From assembly GCA_963808815.1 (NCBI GenBank), contig CAWEGI010000018.1, positions 4,664-68,663 on the forward strand: a stretch of DNA of 64,000 bases. The letters run 5' to 3'. This document shows, piece by piece, positions 11,811 to 22,545 of this stretch (positions are counted from its first letter, which is position 1; each line of letters opens with the position of its first letter). A model generated the notes under the pieces. That model worked only from the letters and a program-made list of their open reading frames with translations, was not told the DNA's origin and did not search any database. This stretch comes from an uncultured Actinomycetes bacterium. Lineage in GTDB: Bacteria; Actinomycetota; Thermoleophilia; Gaiellales; Gaiellaceae. Made by a program: the position numbers and the translations under genes.

Positions 11811-12656
11811 ATGCGAGCCCGGATCGCCTGCATCGCCGCGGTCGCACTGGCCCTCGGCGCTCCCTCGACTGCCGGCGCCGCACCGGGCGGCGACCCGGAC
11901 GTCGCGGCGCTCCAGGTCGGGCTGACCGCGCGCGATCTGTACGACGGCGACATCGACGGCTACGCCGGCCCGCAGACGCTGTCCGCCCTGAATCGCCTGG
12001 CGGGGGCGACGACGGCGCTGTCTCCGGCGACCCGGGCGGCGCTGGGCAGGTTCGGCGCGCATCCGCTGGGCAGTCGGCCGCTGCTCGCCGGCACCTCGGG
12101 TTGGGACGTCGCGGCGCTCCAGTTTCTGCTCGCGTGGCACGGTTTCCCCTCTGGCACGTTCGACGGCGCCTTCGGCGCGCGCACCAGGGCTGCGCTGCTC
12201 GCGTTCCAGCGCTGGGCCGGGATCGACCCGATCGCGGTGGCGGGCCCGCAGACGCTGGCCGCCCTCCGACAGCCCCCGCCGACCTCTCCGGTGCGGATCT
12301 TCGCTCCCATCGGCACCGAGCCGACGGACGGCTTCGGTCCGCGCGGGACACGCTTCCACACGGGCATCGACTATCCCGCGCCGACCGGGACGCCCGTCGT
12401 TGCCGCCCGCGACGGCGTCGTTGCCGCCGTGGGTGCCCTGGCGGGGTACGGGAACGTCGTCGAGCTCGCGCACGAGCAGGGAGTGACGACTCTGTACGCA
12501 CATCTGTCCCGGACTCTCGTCGAGCCCGGTCAGCGGGTCGCCCGCGGTACCGTGGTCGGCCTCGTCGGCCAGACGGGCGACGCGACCGGGCCGCACCTGC
12601 ACTTCGAGCTGCAGGTGCGTGGCGCGGCGATCGACCCAGCCGGCGCGCTGGACTGA
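11811..12656 (+). CDS. secreted peptidoglycan-binding M23 metallopeptidase
   Basis: Signal peptide, two PG_binding_1-like repeats (YDGDIDGYAGPQTLSAL; FDGAFGARTRAALLAFQ), and the M23 motifs HTGIDY and GPHLHFE. Confidence 0.85.
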   Translation: MRARIACIAAVALALGAPSTAGAAPGGDPDVAALQVGLTARDLYDGDIDGYAGPQTLSALNRLAGATTALSPATRAALGRFGAHPLGSRPLLAGTSGWDVAALQFLLAWHGFPSGTFDGAFGARTRAALLAFQRWAGIDPIAVAGPQTLAALRQPPPTSPVRIFAPIGTEPTDGFGPRGTRFHTGIDYPAPTGTPVVAARDGVVAAVGALAGYGNVVELAHEQGVTTLYAHLSRTLVEPGQRVARGTVVGLVGQTGDATGPHLHFELQVRGAAIDPAGALD

Positions 12657-12890
12657 CTAGTAGCCGCCGAGACGGCCGTACACGTCGGCCAGCTCGCGAA
12701 CGGAGCCGATCAGCCGCTCGCGGTCCGAGGCCGGGAGATCCTCCGAGGCGAGCAGCCTGCGCTCCACGTCGGCGAGGTCGATTCCCGGGCGGATGCTCGC
12801 CGGGGCGAGCAGCGGGGACCGGCTGACGGCGTCGACCAGATCCCACTTGTGCTCGTGCTCCATCGGGGAGATCAATGATTCCATACCCAT
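12657..12890 (-). CDS. small hypothetical protein (77 aa)
   Basis: The RBS GGAGAAAGG lies directly upstream of ATG 12890. No motif was recognised. Confidence 0.4.
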   Translation of the reverse strand: MGMESLISPMEHEHKWDLVDAVSRSPLLAPASIRPGIDLADVERRLLASEDLPASDRERLIGSVRELADVYGRLGGY

Positions 12891-12937
12891 CCTTTCTCCG
12901 AACTCCCTGAAACGGGTGAATGTGAACGATTCATCGG

Positions 12938-15447
12938 TTACGACCCAACGGGTGCGGCGATGTAGATGTGCACGGCCATCGGCGCGAAACGATCGGTGAA
13001 AGTATCCCCGTCGCTGTTCACGCGCCGCCCCTCTCCCATCACGCTCAGGGGACGGCCGTTCAGGGCCGGGATGGTCATCTTCGCGTTCACCGCCGACCAG
13101 CCCGAGTTGACGGCGAACACGTACAGCGCGCCCGCCCAGCTGCGGACGCTGAGCTGGACCCGCTGGCTGGCGGCGGCCTGGCCGGCCAGGTAGGTCACGG
13201 GGCCGAGCCGGGCGACGTCGCGAGCGACTCCGGAGATCACCTTGTTCATCCCGGGGTCCCACGAGGCGGGCCAGAAGCCGAGGCCGTGTGCACCGCCGGC
13301 GATCGCGAGCCACGACTCGGCGCGGACGGTCGCCGGGGTCACCGAGTTCGCTCCGTGGCACTTCCAGTCGTTCGCCTCGATCCACTGGAACGTCGGCTTG
13401 CCGGCCGCGAGGTTGACGAGCTCGCGCTGTGCGTAGAAGACGTCGGCCATCCGCTCCGGCTTGCACCACTCCTGGAGCGGATAGAGATCGAAACCGACGA
13501 CGTCGGCCTTTGCGATCAGCGGCGGGTAGATCGCCCGGCCCCACGGCAGCGCGGCGGCGCCCGTGTAGAAGTGGTTGGTGAGGGTCAGGAAGGACAGGCC
13601 CGGCACTCCCGGAGGCGGGCCGGGCAGCGCCGACGCCGCGACGTTGTCGCCGTCAGGCTCGTCACGCTGGAACCAGCCGATGATCCCGTCGCCCGTCCCG
13701 GCGTGGCCGCCGGCGATGCCGGCGGAGAACGCCGCGCCGCCGAGGGCATTCAGCTGGCTCTGGAACGTCCCGCATGCGTTCAGCGCGAAGAGGTTGATGC
13801 CCGACGCCAGCGCGGCCGCGTACTGGTACGGACACACCGAGTACAGCATCATCGGGAAGTACGGCTGCCCGTCGAGCAGCACGGCGCCGCTGTTGCGGTC
13901 GATCCCCACCGAGGGGCGTGGCGGGGATTCCCGGGGTGCGGACGTCGAGTGTCGCCTGTGCGCGCTGGCCGTCGTCCGAGACCGCGTTGACCCAGACCCG
14001 GTAGCTGGAGCTCGAGTCGAGCGCGCTCAGAGCGGCGGTCGAGCCGTCGGCGCCCGAGGCGGGCGTGGCCCACACGGTCGGCACGCCGAAATCAACGAGC
14101 CCGTACGAGACCTGCACGCTGGCTGGGATCGAGGTGCGCCAGCCGACCGTCGCGCCGAAGGCTGCTACCGAGGTCGCGCGCAGGTCGCTGATCTGGAGCG
14201 ACTGCTGAGCGGGCATCTTCACCGCGGCCGGCCGCGGCGGGACGCCTGTCGACGAGAACGCGGAGCAGTCGATGGACCGTGCGTTGACTTCGCCCGCCGC
14301 CTGGCGAAGGGCCTGGTAGGCGGCTTTCGGCTGGCCGTCGGGCCAGAAGACGCCCGACTGCCAGCCCGCCAGATCGCGCTCGTCGTAGAGATGGAAATTG
14401 AAGTACGCGCCGACCGCCGGCTGGCAGTAGGCGACGCGGATCGCGTCCTCGAGCTGCACCGGCTGGTCGACGCCGGGGCCCTCGCCGCGGTCGGACGCCT
14501 CCTGCGCTGACCAGGACGGCACCGGGTTCGGGTCGGTCTCGTTTCCGGAGAACCCGATCCGGCCGGGATCCGGCCGCGTCTGGTAGCCCTGCCCCAGGTA
14601 CCAGATGCGCGTCGAGCCCTGGCCGGGGACCGGCTGCGCCGTGCCACGGAAGGCGCTCCCCAGCACGGCCATCAGCGTCGAATAGTCGCCGAGCGAGATC
14701 GCGGAGGAGCCCGGGTGCTTCGTCCACGGCCGTTCCGCGGAGCTCGCGGGATGCGGGACGTAGCCAAGCGTGTCGAAGATCGGCTTCGTCCGGCGGCTCG
14801 CACGGAAGGCGGCTGCAAGCTTGGAGAACCAGTCGGCGGGCGGGTGCCACGCGAGCGTGAAGGCGCCCGGCGTGTCGGAGCTCTTGGAGAGGGCGACCGC
14901 GATCACGTTCGCGCTGCGTGCGGACGGCGTGCGCCGCGTCGTAGCAGGTCGCGAGCAGCGCCTCGTAGTCGGCCGGCGCGACGCTCTTGCCGTTCGCGTC
15001 GAACTGGGGCGTCCAGAACGTCCCGTCGTTCGGGTCGTCCCAGATGGCCACGTCGTCGATCTCGGGATTGTCGCGGAGCAGGTCGGCGACGAACGAGCAG
15101 TACTGGGCGCGGGCGTCGTCGGTTCGCGGTGCGTCCTGGGCGCGGCCGTAGACGCTGGCGACGACGCGGATGCCCCACGAGTCGAGCACCATCCGCTGGA
15201 GCGCGAGCTGGAAGGAGGCGGGAACCTGCGACTCGCCCGGCTTCCACTGGAGCGTCACCCGCACCGACTTCAGGCCGAGGGTGCGCGCGACGGAGGCCGT
15301 CTGCTGCGAGTTGCCCCAGAGGAACGCGTCCTCCTCGGCTCCGACGAAGAAGCTCCGGGTCGCCGCCGGAGTCGCGGCAGCGTGGACGGCCGCCGCGAAC
15401 GCGACGGCCGCCGTCAGCGCGAGCAGCCTGCTGCCGAGGCGGGGCAT
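12938..15447 (-). pseudogene. secreted multidomain glycoside-hydrolase-like protein (GH-like domain, FN3-like domain, second TIM-barrel-like domain) split over three frames
   Basis: The signal peptide MPRLGSRLLALTAAVAFAAAVHA starts at 15447. Sense continues from ORF 14092..15615 into ORF 13662..14906 near 14905-14925. It then continues into ORF 12938..13909 at the GGGG run 13904-13907. Confidence 0.6.
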
Positions 15448-15518
15448 CTCTTCTTCATCGGCAAACGGGTCGCGAGGTTGAGTGACCGGCGTCCCCGGCT
15501 CCGCATAGAGTCGGCCGG

Positions 15519-16046
15519 GTGCGCGGACTCGGTCTGCTCCTCCTGGGGCTCGCGCTCGGTTGGACGATCGCGGCGGCGGCGCTCTTCGTCTGGCCTCCCC
15601 GGCACGCGGCGGCACGTGCCGACGCGGTCGTCGTACTGGCCGGCGGCCGAGGGCCTCGCCTGGCGAAAGGGGTCGAGCTAGTCCGCCGCGGCGTCGCCCC
15701 CGTGCTGGTCGTCTCCGACGGCTGGTCGCCGACCTGGCCGGAGGCCAACCGGTTGTGCGCGGGCCGCCCGGCGCCGGTCGCGGTCGCCTGCTTTCACCCG
15801 GCCCCGTACAGCACTCGCGGGGAGGCGGAGGCCTTCGCCCGCCTGGCCGACCGCCGTGGCTGGAGGTCGGTCGTGGTGGTCAGCTCCCGCTACCACCTGC
15901 TGCGGGCGCGGATGCTGTTCGAACGCTGCTACGACGGCAAGGTGGAGACGGCAGCCTCGAACGGCACGCTCCTGGGCCGAATCCTGGCAGCCCCGATCGA
16001 AACGGTGAAGCTCGGCTACGCCCTCTTGCTCAAGAGAGGGTGTTAG
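15519..16046 (+). CDS. YdcF/ElyC-like DUF218 family protein
   Basis: N-terminal TM segment, then VVVLAGG...VLVVS...GEAEAF...VVVVSSRYHLLRA. Confidence 0.75.
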   Translation: MRGLGLLLLGLALGWTIAAAALFVWPPRHAAARADAVVVLAGGRGPRLAKGVELVRRGVAPVLVVSDGWSPTWPEANRLCAGRPAPVAVACFHPAPYSTRGEAEAFARLADRRGWRSVVVVSSRYHLLRARMLFERCYDGKVETAASNGTLLGRILAAPIETVKLGYALLLKRGC

Positions 16047-16167
16047 CGCGTTCGCCGCCGCGACCGACCTGGCGGGCGCGGCTCACGACCGCTTCTCGGT
16101 CAGCCGCGGATGCGAGCGAACGGTGCGCAAAGGAGGGGTCCGTGGCGGAACCTTGGTTCCCCCGCGT

Positions 16168-16473
16168 CTAGTCGCCCCAGTCGAAGTCGCGGGAGCGACC
16201 CCAGAGGCTCTGGTCGGGATCGACGTGCTCGAGCGTCTCCTCGCCCGGCCAGGGATGCACCACCGCCGCGACCTCGACGACCGGCTCCACGCCGTCCATG
16301 GTCTCCTCCAGCCGGGCCTGCTCCTCCGACTTGAAGAGTGGATGGTTGTCGAACGGATCCTCGAGCTCGTAGCTCGAGAGCGGCATGGCACCTTCGAGCT
16401 CCGAGTTGCGGCGCCTGAGCTCGAGATGCTCCTGAATCACCTGACTGAAAAGCGACGTCGTCTCGACCGGCAT
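16168..16473 (-). CDS. small acidic hypothetical protein (101 aa)
   Basis: The ATG at 16473 has GGAGG 6 nt upstream. High GC3. Confidence 0.5.
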   Translation of the reverse strand: MPVETTSLFSQVIQEHLELRRRNSELEGAMPLSSYELEDPFDNHPLFKSEEQARLEETMDGVEPVVEVAAVVHPWPGEETLEHVDPDQSLWGRSRDFDWGD

Positions 16474-16785
16474 ACGAACCTCCATTGGCGGGATCGATGA
16501 TCGGTGCGGGATTGTAACGGAATTGTTTGGGCGCGAGTGGCTCAACTGTAGGCCTGAAAGCGGATGGACGTGTCCGTATGTGAGGATGGAGGTGTGCCGA
16601 GATTGCGTCGAACCGGAAGCGCCGTCGGACTCGCGTTCGCGGCCTACGACGTCTGGCTCCGCCTTTCGCCGCGCCAGCGCCAGGCCCTCCTCATGCACGC
16701 GAGGCGGTACGGCCCGCTGATCGCAGCCCGGATGGCCCGGTCCGCGAAGGACGCGGCGGCGTCCCGCACGAGGAAGGACTAGCGG

Positions 16786-19621
16786 CTACCCCAGCGCCTG
16801 GCGAGCGATCCGGTCCTGCTCGCGGAGGTGCGCGGTCGGGTACCCCTCGCTGGGGCTCGCGCGCCAGGGCCGGCCGACGTAGCGAAGCGGAACGCCGGAC
16901 GGCAGCGCCTCCTCCAGGCGGTGCCGGATCGAGCGCCACGCGCCCATGTTCTGCGGCTCCTCCTGCGCCCAGACGACCTCGGCCAGATCCGGGTAGGAAG
17001 CGACGAGCGCCGCGAGCTCGGCCTTCGGGAAGGGATACAGCTGCTCGAGACGGCCGACGGCGACTTTCTCGGCGTCGGCGCGCAGCTCGTGCCCGGCGAT
17101 GTCGTAGTAGACCTTGCCCGAGCAGAGGACGAGCCGGCGCGTGCGGTCACGATCGGCGCCGGCGTCGCCGATCACCGGCTGGAACGAGCCATCGGCCAGG
17201 TCGGCGAGCGTCGAGGCCGCCTCGCGGAGACGGAGCAGGCCCTTCGGCGTCATCACCACCAGCGGGCGCGCCACAGGGTCGAGCGCCTGGCGGCGGAGGA
17301 GATGGAAGAACTGCGCGGCGGTGGACGGGTTGACGACCCGGATGTTGTCCTCGGCGGTCGACTGCAGGAAGCGCTCGAGCCGGGCGCTGGAGTGCTCCGG
17401 GCCGTTTCCCTCGTAGCCGTGCGGAAGAAGCAGGACGAGGCGAAGGGTCTCGCTCCACTTCGAGAGCCCTGCGACCACGAACTGGTCGAGGATGACCTGC
17501 GCCCCGTTGACGAAGTCGCCGAACTGCGCCTCCCAGAGCACGAGCGCCTCCGGCGCCGCGATCGAATAGCCGTACTCGAACCCGACCGCGGCGTATTCGG
17601 ACAGCGGCGAGTTGTGCACCTCGAACGACGCCGACGCCGCCTCCAGATGCTGCATCGGCGCAAAACGCTCGCCGGTGTTCGCATCGTGCAGAACGAGGTG
17701 GCGATGCGAGAACGTGCCGCGCTCGCTGTCCTGACCGGTCAGTCGGATCGGGATGCCCTCGACGAGCAAGCTGGCAAACGCGAGCGACTCGGCCTGGCCC
17801 CAGTCGATCCCGCCTTCGTCGAGTGCAACCGCCCTGCGCTGCAGCTGCTTCGCGAGCTTCGGATGTACCGTGAAGTGCTCGGGGACGGAGACGAGCTCAC
17901 GGTCGAGCTCGCGCAGCCGGTCTGCGCCGATCGCGGTGACGATCCGGTCCGACCCGGCGACCGCCTGACTGCGCACCGGCGGCCCCGCCTCGGCGGGTGC
18001 CTCGTGCCCGAACGTTCCCTTCAGCCGCTCGTGAGCGGCCCGCAACATCTCCTCGACATGGCGCTCGAGCGTCGCGGCGCCCCCGGAGTCGATCACTCCC
18101 TCTTCCACCAGCCTGCCGGCGAACTGCTCCCGGACAGTTGGATGAGCGGCGATGCGGTGCGCCATCAGCGGCTGCGTGTAGGCCGGCTCGTCCTGCTCGT
18201 TGTGCCCGAACCGCCTGTAGCCGACGAGGTCGACGACTACGTCATGCCCGAACCGGCGCCGGAACGCGAGCGCGAGCCTGATCGCAGAGATGGCCGCCTC
18301 CGGGTCGTCGGCGTTCACGTGGATGATCGGGATGTCGAAGCCCTTGGCGAGGTCGCTGGAGTAGCGCGTCGACCTGGCTTCGGCCGGATCGGTGGTGAAG
18401 CCGATCTGGTTGTTCGCGATCAGGTGGAGCGTCCCGCCCGTCGTGTAGCCGGCGAGGCCCTCGACGTTGAGCGTCTCGGCGACGACGCCCTGCCCCGCGA
18501 ACGACGCGTCCCCGTGGATCAGGATCGGCAGCGCCACGCCGGGGTCGTGCACGCCCGCCCGGGTCGAGCGGTCGGTCTGCTCTGCACGGGTGCGGCCCTC
18601 GACCACGGGGTCGACCGCCTCGAGATGACTCGGGTTGGCGCAGAGGGTCACGGTGATCTCGCCGGACGTGGTCTTGCGGACACCTTCGGCGCCCAGGTGG
18701 TACTTGACGTCGCCCGAGCCGCCTTCGGGATCGGACGACGACCGCCTCGATCGTCCGCTCTCCCTCGAACTCGCGCAGGATCGACTCGTAGGGCTGGCTG
18801 ATCGTGTGAGCGAGGACGCTCAACCGGCCACGGTGCGCCATCCCGATCACGACCTCGTGCGCGCCGGCCTCGGCGACCAGCGCAATCGACTCGTCGAGCA
18901 TCGGGACCATCACGTCGAGGCCCTCGATCGAGAACTGCTTCTGGCCGAGGAAGGCGCGGCGAAGGTAGCGCTCGAAGCCCTCGACCTCGGTCAGGCGCTC
19001 GAGCAGTCGGCGCTTCTCATCGGGCTCCAGCGGCTGGCGGTACTTCCCCGACTCGATCGCCTGCCGGAGCCAGACGCGGCGCTCGTGGTCGGAGATGTGC
19101 TCGATCTCGTACGCGATCGTGCCGCAGTAGGTGTCCCGCAGCCGCGGCAGGGCGTCGGCGAGGGTCTCGGCCGGGACGTAGAGGCGCAGCAGCGAAGCCG
19201 GGATGCGCGCCTGCAGCTCGGGCGTGAGCCTGGGGATCAGCCGCTCGGGCTCGAGCGCGGGGTCGCCCACCGGCTCGGAGCCCAGCGGGTCGAGGTGTGC
19301 GGCGAGGTGGCCGTGCATGCGATAGGCCTTGACGAGCGCCATCGCGGCGGCGACGCCGCCCAGGAGCAGTTCGTCGGCAGCAGGCGCGGCCGACGGCTGG
19401 GTAGGCGCCGTGACCGCGGCGGCGCCGTTGCCGTCCTGGGCTGCCGGCGTAGCCACGCGGGCGCGCTCGAGCAGCCGCGCGAGGCCGGGGAGACTTCCGA
19501 GCGTGTCGCTTGCGTCCGCCTCGAAGAGGGCGCGCCACTCGGACGGGACCGAGTCCGGGTTCTCGAGGTACTGCTCGAGGATCGTGCTCGCGTACCCCGC
19601 GTTCAGGCCGTCGACTTCCAT
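16786..19621 (-). CDS. sucA: 2-oxoglutarate dehydrogenase E1 component, reading frame broken near 18736
   Basis: The N-terminus is MEVDGLNAGYASTILEQYLENPDSVPSEWRALF. The sequence ...REFEGERTIEAVV continues in another frame as SDPEGGSGDVKYHLGA...TLCANPSHLEAVDPVVEG. The break lies within a GTCGTCGTC repeat. Confidence 0.85.
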
Positions 19622-19666
19622 CGCTTCTTCTTTTGTACCAACCGCCTCATCCCTACCGGGAGCGTC

Positions 19667-19966
19667 TTAGAACAGGGGGCGCTCGGTGATGACAGCGACG
19701 ACCATCCCGAGCAGCCAGCCTGCGCCCGCGATCGCAGTGGCGGCGGCGGCCAGCTTCCGGTGGCGACCGCCGATTCCGGCGGCGATCAGCGCGAGGACCA
19801 CGGCGGCGATGCCGATGCGGACGGGCCGCATCTGCACGTCCGTCCCGGCGATCGTCACGTGCAGATCGGTCGCGCAGAGGAACGCGAGGAAGATCGCGGT
19901 CGCGGACATCAACCCCGAGAGGGTGTCCACCCGATCGCGGTTGGCCGAGACTTCTGGCGTGCTCAC
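19667..19966 (-). CDS. small membrane protein (99 aa)
   Basis: The GTG at 19966 overlaps the upstream TGA (GTGA). There are two or three hydrophobic helices (AIFLAFLCA..., IGIAAVVLALIAAGIGG, GAGWLLGMVVAVI). Confidence 0.45.
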   Translation of the reverse strand: MSTPEVSANRDRVDTLSGLMSATAIFLAFLCATDLHVTIAGTDVQMRPVRIGIAAVVLALIAAGIGGRHRKLAAAATAIAGAGWLLGMVVAVITERPLF

Positions 19967-20217
19967 CGCGGCGCCTCCACCCGCGCGACCTTGCGCCGGT
20001 ACCCGCGCGAGGGGGAGCCGTGTGGTCCACGATCCGACCTCGGCGGCCGTGCCCGCGAGAACCGCCAGCCCGGCGGAGGTTCCGGCTCGGCCCGAGCCGT
20101 CTTCATCGCGGGCTCCGGTGGCCGGGGCTCGGAGCGAATCGCCCACCACACCACGAGGCAGAGGTAGACGACCGGGATCTTGAGGATGACCAGCATCCAG
20201 ATCAACTCCCAGGTCAC
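19963..20217 (-). CDS. small membrane protein (84 aa)
   Basis: N-terminal TM helix MTWELIWMLVILKIPVVYLCLVVWWAI followed by a basic Pro-rich tail. Confidence 0.45.
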   Translation of the reverse strand: MTWELIWMLVILKIPVVYLCLVVWWAIRSEPRPPEPAMKTARAEPEPPPGWRFSRARPPRSDRGPHGSPSRGYRRKVARVEAPR

Positions 20218-20275
20218 TCGGCCATTCTAGGCGATCGACTGCGCGTGGTCGCCGCGGAGATTCGGATGTCCTCGA

Positions 20276-20662
20276 ATGCGCTCATCGCTGACCGGTTTCG
20301 TGCCGATAAGCCTGACCATGACCCGTGTCTTCGGCCTGGTGTCCGTGCTCGCGGCACTCTTTGCCGGCGTCTATCTCTACGCGGCACAGACCCGCGACGC
20401 CGGGCCAACGTCACGCTCCGTGACGAGCGCAGAGGCGCGTGCGGAGACGACCGCTGCCGCGACGAACTTCCAGGGGGTCGCCGCATCGCTCCAGGCGTGG
20501 TTCGCCGAGAACGGGACCTACGCGGGTGCCGGCCTGCCTCCAGGGTCTGGCGTCGTGCTCGCCCGGGCCGACACGAGTGGTTATTGCCTCCAGACGACCG
20601 CCGGCGCCGTCGTCGAGCACGAGGTCGGCCCCGGCGGCCAGCCGCAAGCCGGGCCGTGCTAG
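20276..20662 (+). CDS. membrane-anchored hypothetical protein with a pilin-like C-terminal domain (tentative)
   Basis: The TM anchor is VFGLVSVLAALFAGVYLYAA, followed by ...LQAWFAENGTYAGAGL...GYCLQT. Confidence 0.45.
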   Translation: MRSSLTGFVPISLTMTRVFGLVSVLAALFAGVYLYAAQTRDAGPTSRSVTSAEARAETTAAATNFQGVAASLQAWFAENGTYAGAGLPPGSGVVLARADTSGYCLQTTAGAVVEHEVGPGGQPQAGPC

Positions 20663-20687
20663 CTCGATCCGCCGATTTCACCCACGC

Positions 20688-21416
20688 TCAGCCATAGCGC
20701 CTCCCTTCGTCGCGTCGATACCCCCAGGCAGCCAGCGCGGCGAACGCCGCGCCCCACGCCAGAAGAAGCAGCCAGTCCCGGGGCCGCCAGAGCCTGCCCT
20801 CCGTCGCGCCCCACAGCACGTTCCCGAACTGCCGCGTCGGGACGAGCGGCGAGACGGACGCGACGGCAGACGGCAAATGGGCGGGAGTCGTCCAGAGGCC
20901 GCCGGCGAACGCCAGGACGAGGTAGAGGATGTTGGCCACCGGCAGGGCCCCCCGTGGCGACGCCCAGTAGCCGAGCGCGATGCCCAGGAGCGCGAACGGG
21001 AGCGCGCCGAGCGCCAACGCGGCGACCAGCGCAGCCCAACGCAACGGCGACAGATGAGCGTCGGTGGTCGCGACGCCCGTCAGCGCGACCAGGCCCGCCG
21101 ACACGAGCCCGAACAGCGTCCCGGACAACAACCGGCCGGCAAGGCGAACCCACGTCGGAACCGGCAGCGTGCGCAGGAAGCGCTCCCAGGGCGACTCACG
21201 CTCGGCGGCGATGCCCACGCCGAACTGGAAGAAGGCGACGGCGAGGAGCGCAAACCCGGCAAAGGACGCGACCAGCAGCTTGGCGTTGCGATCCTCCCGA
21301 GAAGAGACGAACAGCAGGAAGAACAGCGCCGGAAACGCCAGCGTCGGGACGCTGAAGGCGGGGTAGCGAAGGAGCTCGAGCGTGATCGCACGCGCGTGGA
21401 GCAGCGTCAGCCTCAT
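20688..21416 (-). CDS. ABC-2 type transporter permease (SagH/I-like position in the LAP cluster)
   Basis: 242 aa with about six hydrophobic helices. The ATG at 21416 overlaps the upstream TGA. Confidence 0.75.
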   Translation of the reverse strand: MRLTLLHARAITLELLRYPAFSVPTLAFPALFFLLFVSSREDRNAKLLVASFAGFALLAVAFFQFGVGIAAERESPWERFLRTLPVPTWVRLAGRLLSGTLFGLVSAGLVALTGVATTDAHLSPLRWAALVAALALGALPFALLGIALGYWASPRGALPVANILYLVLAFAGGLWTTPAHLPSAVASVSPLVPTRQFGNVLWGATEGRLWRPRDWLLLLAWGAAFAALAAWGYRRDEGRRYG

Positions 21417-22117
21417 CGGGCGCCTTTCGTGAGCGCCAGGAACGCATCTTCCAGCCTGCCTCCGTGAGCTTCCGCCAGCTGCCGGGGCGACCCCACGGCC
21501 GCGACCCTGCCGCGGGAGAGCAGGGCAACGCGCGAGGCCAACGCCTCGGCCTCTTCGAGGTAATGGGTCGTCAACAGGATCGTGCCGCCGGCCGCGGCGT
21601 ATTCCTCGAGCTCGCTCCACACCGCGCGCCGAGCTTCGACGTCCAGACCGGTGGTCGGTTCGTCCAGGAAGACGGCGAGCGGGCTTCCGGCAAACGCCAG
21701 GGCAACCGAGAGTCGACGCCGCTCGCCGCCCGACAAGCCGCCGGCCTGTCGCCGCGCGCACTCGACCAGGCCAAACCGGCCGAGCAGATCAGCCGTCGCG
21801 ACAGATGTGGCGAAGTGAGCCCGCACGAGATCGACGATCTCCGAGACCCGAAGCGTGGGCGGAAATCCGGACTCCTGCGGCGTAACCCCGACAGCCATCC
21901 GCGAGGCCCTACGGCGAGGATCCGCCCCGAAGAGCTCCGCCCGGCCGACGTCGGGTCGGCGAAGACCGAGCATCAGCGAGAGCGCGGTGGTCTTGCCCGC
22001 GCCGTTCGGTCCGAGGAGCGCGAGGACCTCACCGCGCTCGAGCTCGAGATCGACGCCTTCGAGCGCGACCAGACCTCCGAAGCGCTTCGTCACACCTCTG
22101 AGCGCCGCCGCGATCAT
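21413..22117 (-). CDS. ABC transporter ATP-binding protein (SagG-like position)
   Basis: Walker A GPNGAGKTT, signature LSGGERRR, Walker B VFLDEPTTGLD. Confidence 0.9.
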   Translation of the reverse strand: MIAAALRGVTKRFGGLVALEGVDLELERGEVLALLGPNGAGKTTALSLMLGLRRPDVGRAELFGADPRRRASRMAVGVTPQESGFPPTLRVSEIVDLVRAHFATSVATADLLGRFGLVECARRQAGGLSGGERRRLSVALAFAGSPLAVFLDEPTTGLDVEARRAVWSELEEYAAAGGTILLTTHYLEEAEALASRVALLSRGRVAAVGSPRQLAEAHGGRLEDAFLALTKGAR

Positions 22118-22545
22118 GGGCTGCGCACCCGTGCGCGTTCCGCCTGGACCGCCCAGTCCACGAGCAGGTTGTAGAAAGCGTGCGCGATCACCGCCGGGAG
22201 GAGCCCTCCGACGAGAAACGCAGCTCCGAACGCAGTGCCGGTGAGGCAGTGGACGGCGCACCGCCAACGCAGAAAGGACCAGTGCCAGATTGCGAACCCG
22301 GCGGACGATGCCGCCAGTGCCGGCAACGGCCCGACGAGGAGTCGGAGGCCGCCCAGCACGGCTCCCCGCCAAAACACTTCTTCGAGCGCAGCGGTCGTGC
22401 CCAGTGTGAGCCAGCGGACGGCCATCGCGCGCCCGAGCGGCTGCGGAAACGTACGCGGAAAGTGCCCTCCGCTGAGCAGCAGAAAGGTCGACGCGCCGGT
22501 GATCGGTCCGACGGCCACCCCGCTGAGCGCGAGGTCTGTCGTCAC
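22114..22545 (-). CDS. CPBP (CAAX/Abi) family intramembrane protease (SagE-like position)
   Basis: EEVFWRG motif, FAIWH, and AHAFYN near the C-terminus. The GTG at 22545 overlaps the upstream TGA. Confidence 0.75.
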   Translation of the reverse strand: MTTDLALSGVAVGPITGASTFLLLSGGHFPRTFPQPLGRAMAVRWLTLGTTAALEEVFWRGAVLGGLRLLVGPLPALAASSAGFAIWHWSFLRWRCAVHCLTGTAFGAAFLVGGLLPAVIAHAFYNLLVDWAVQAERARVRSP

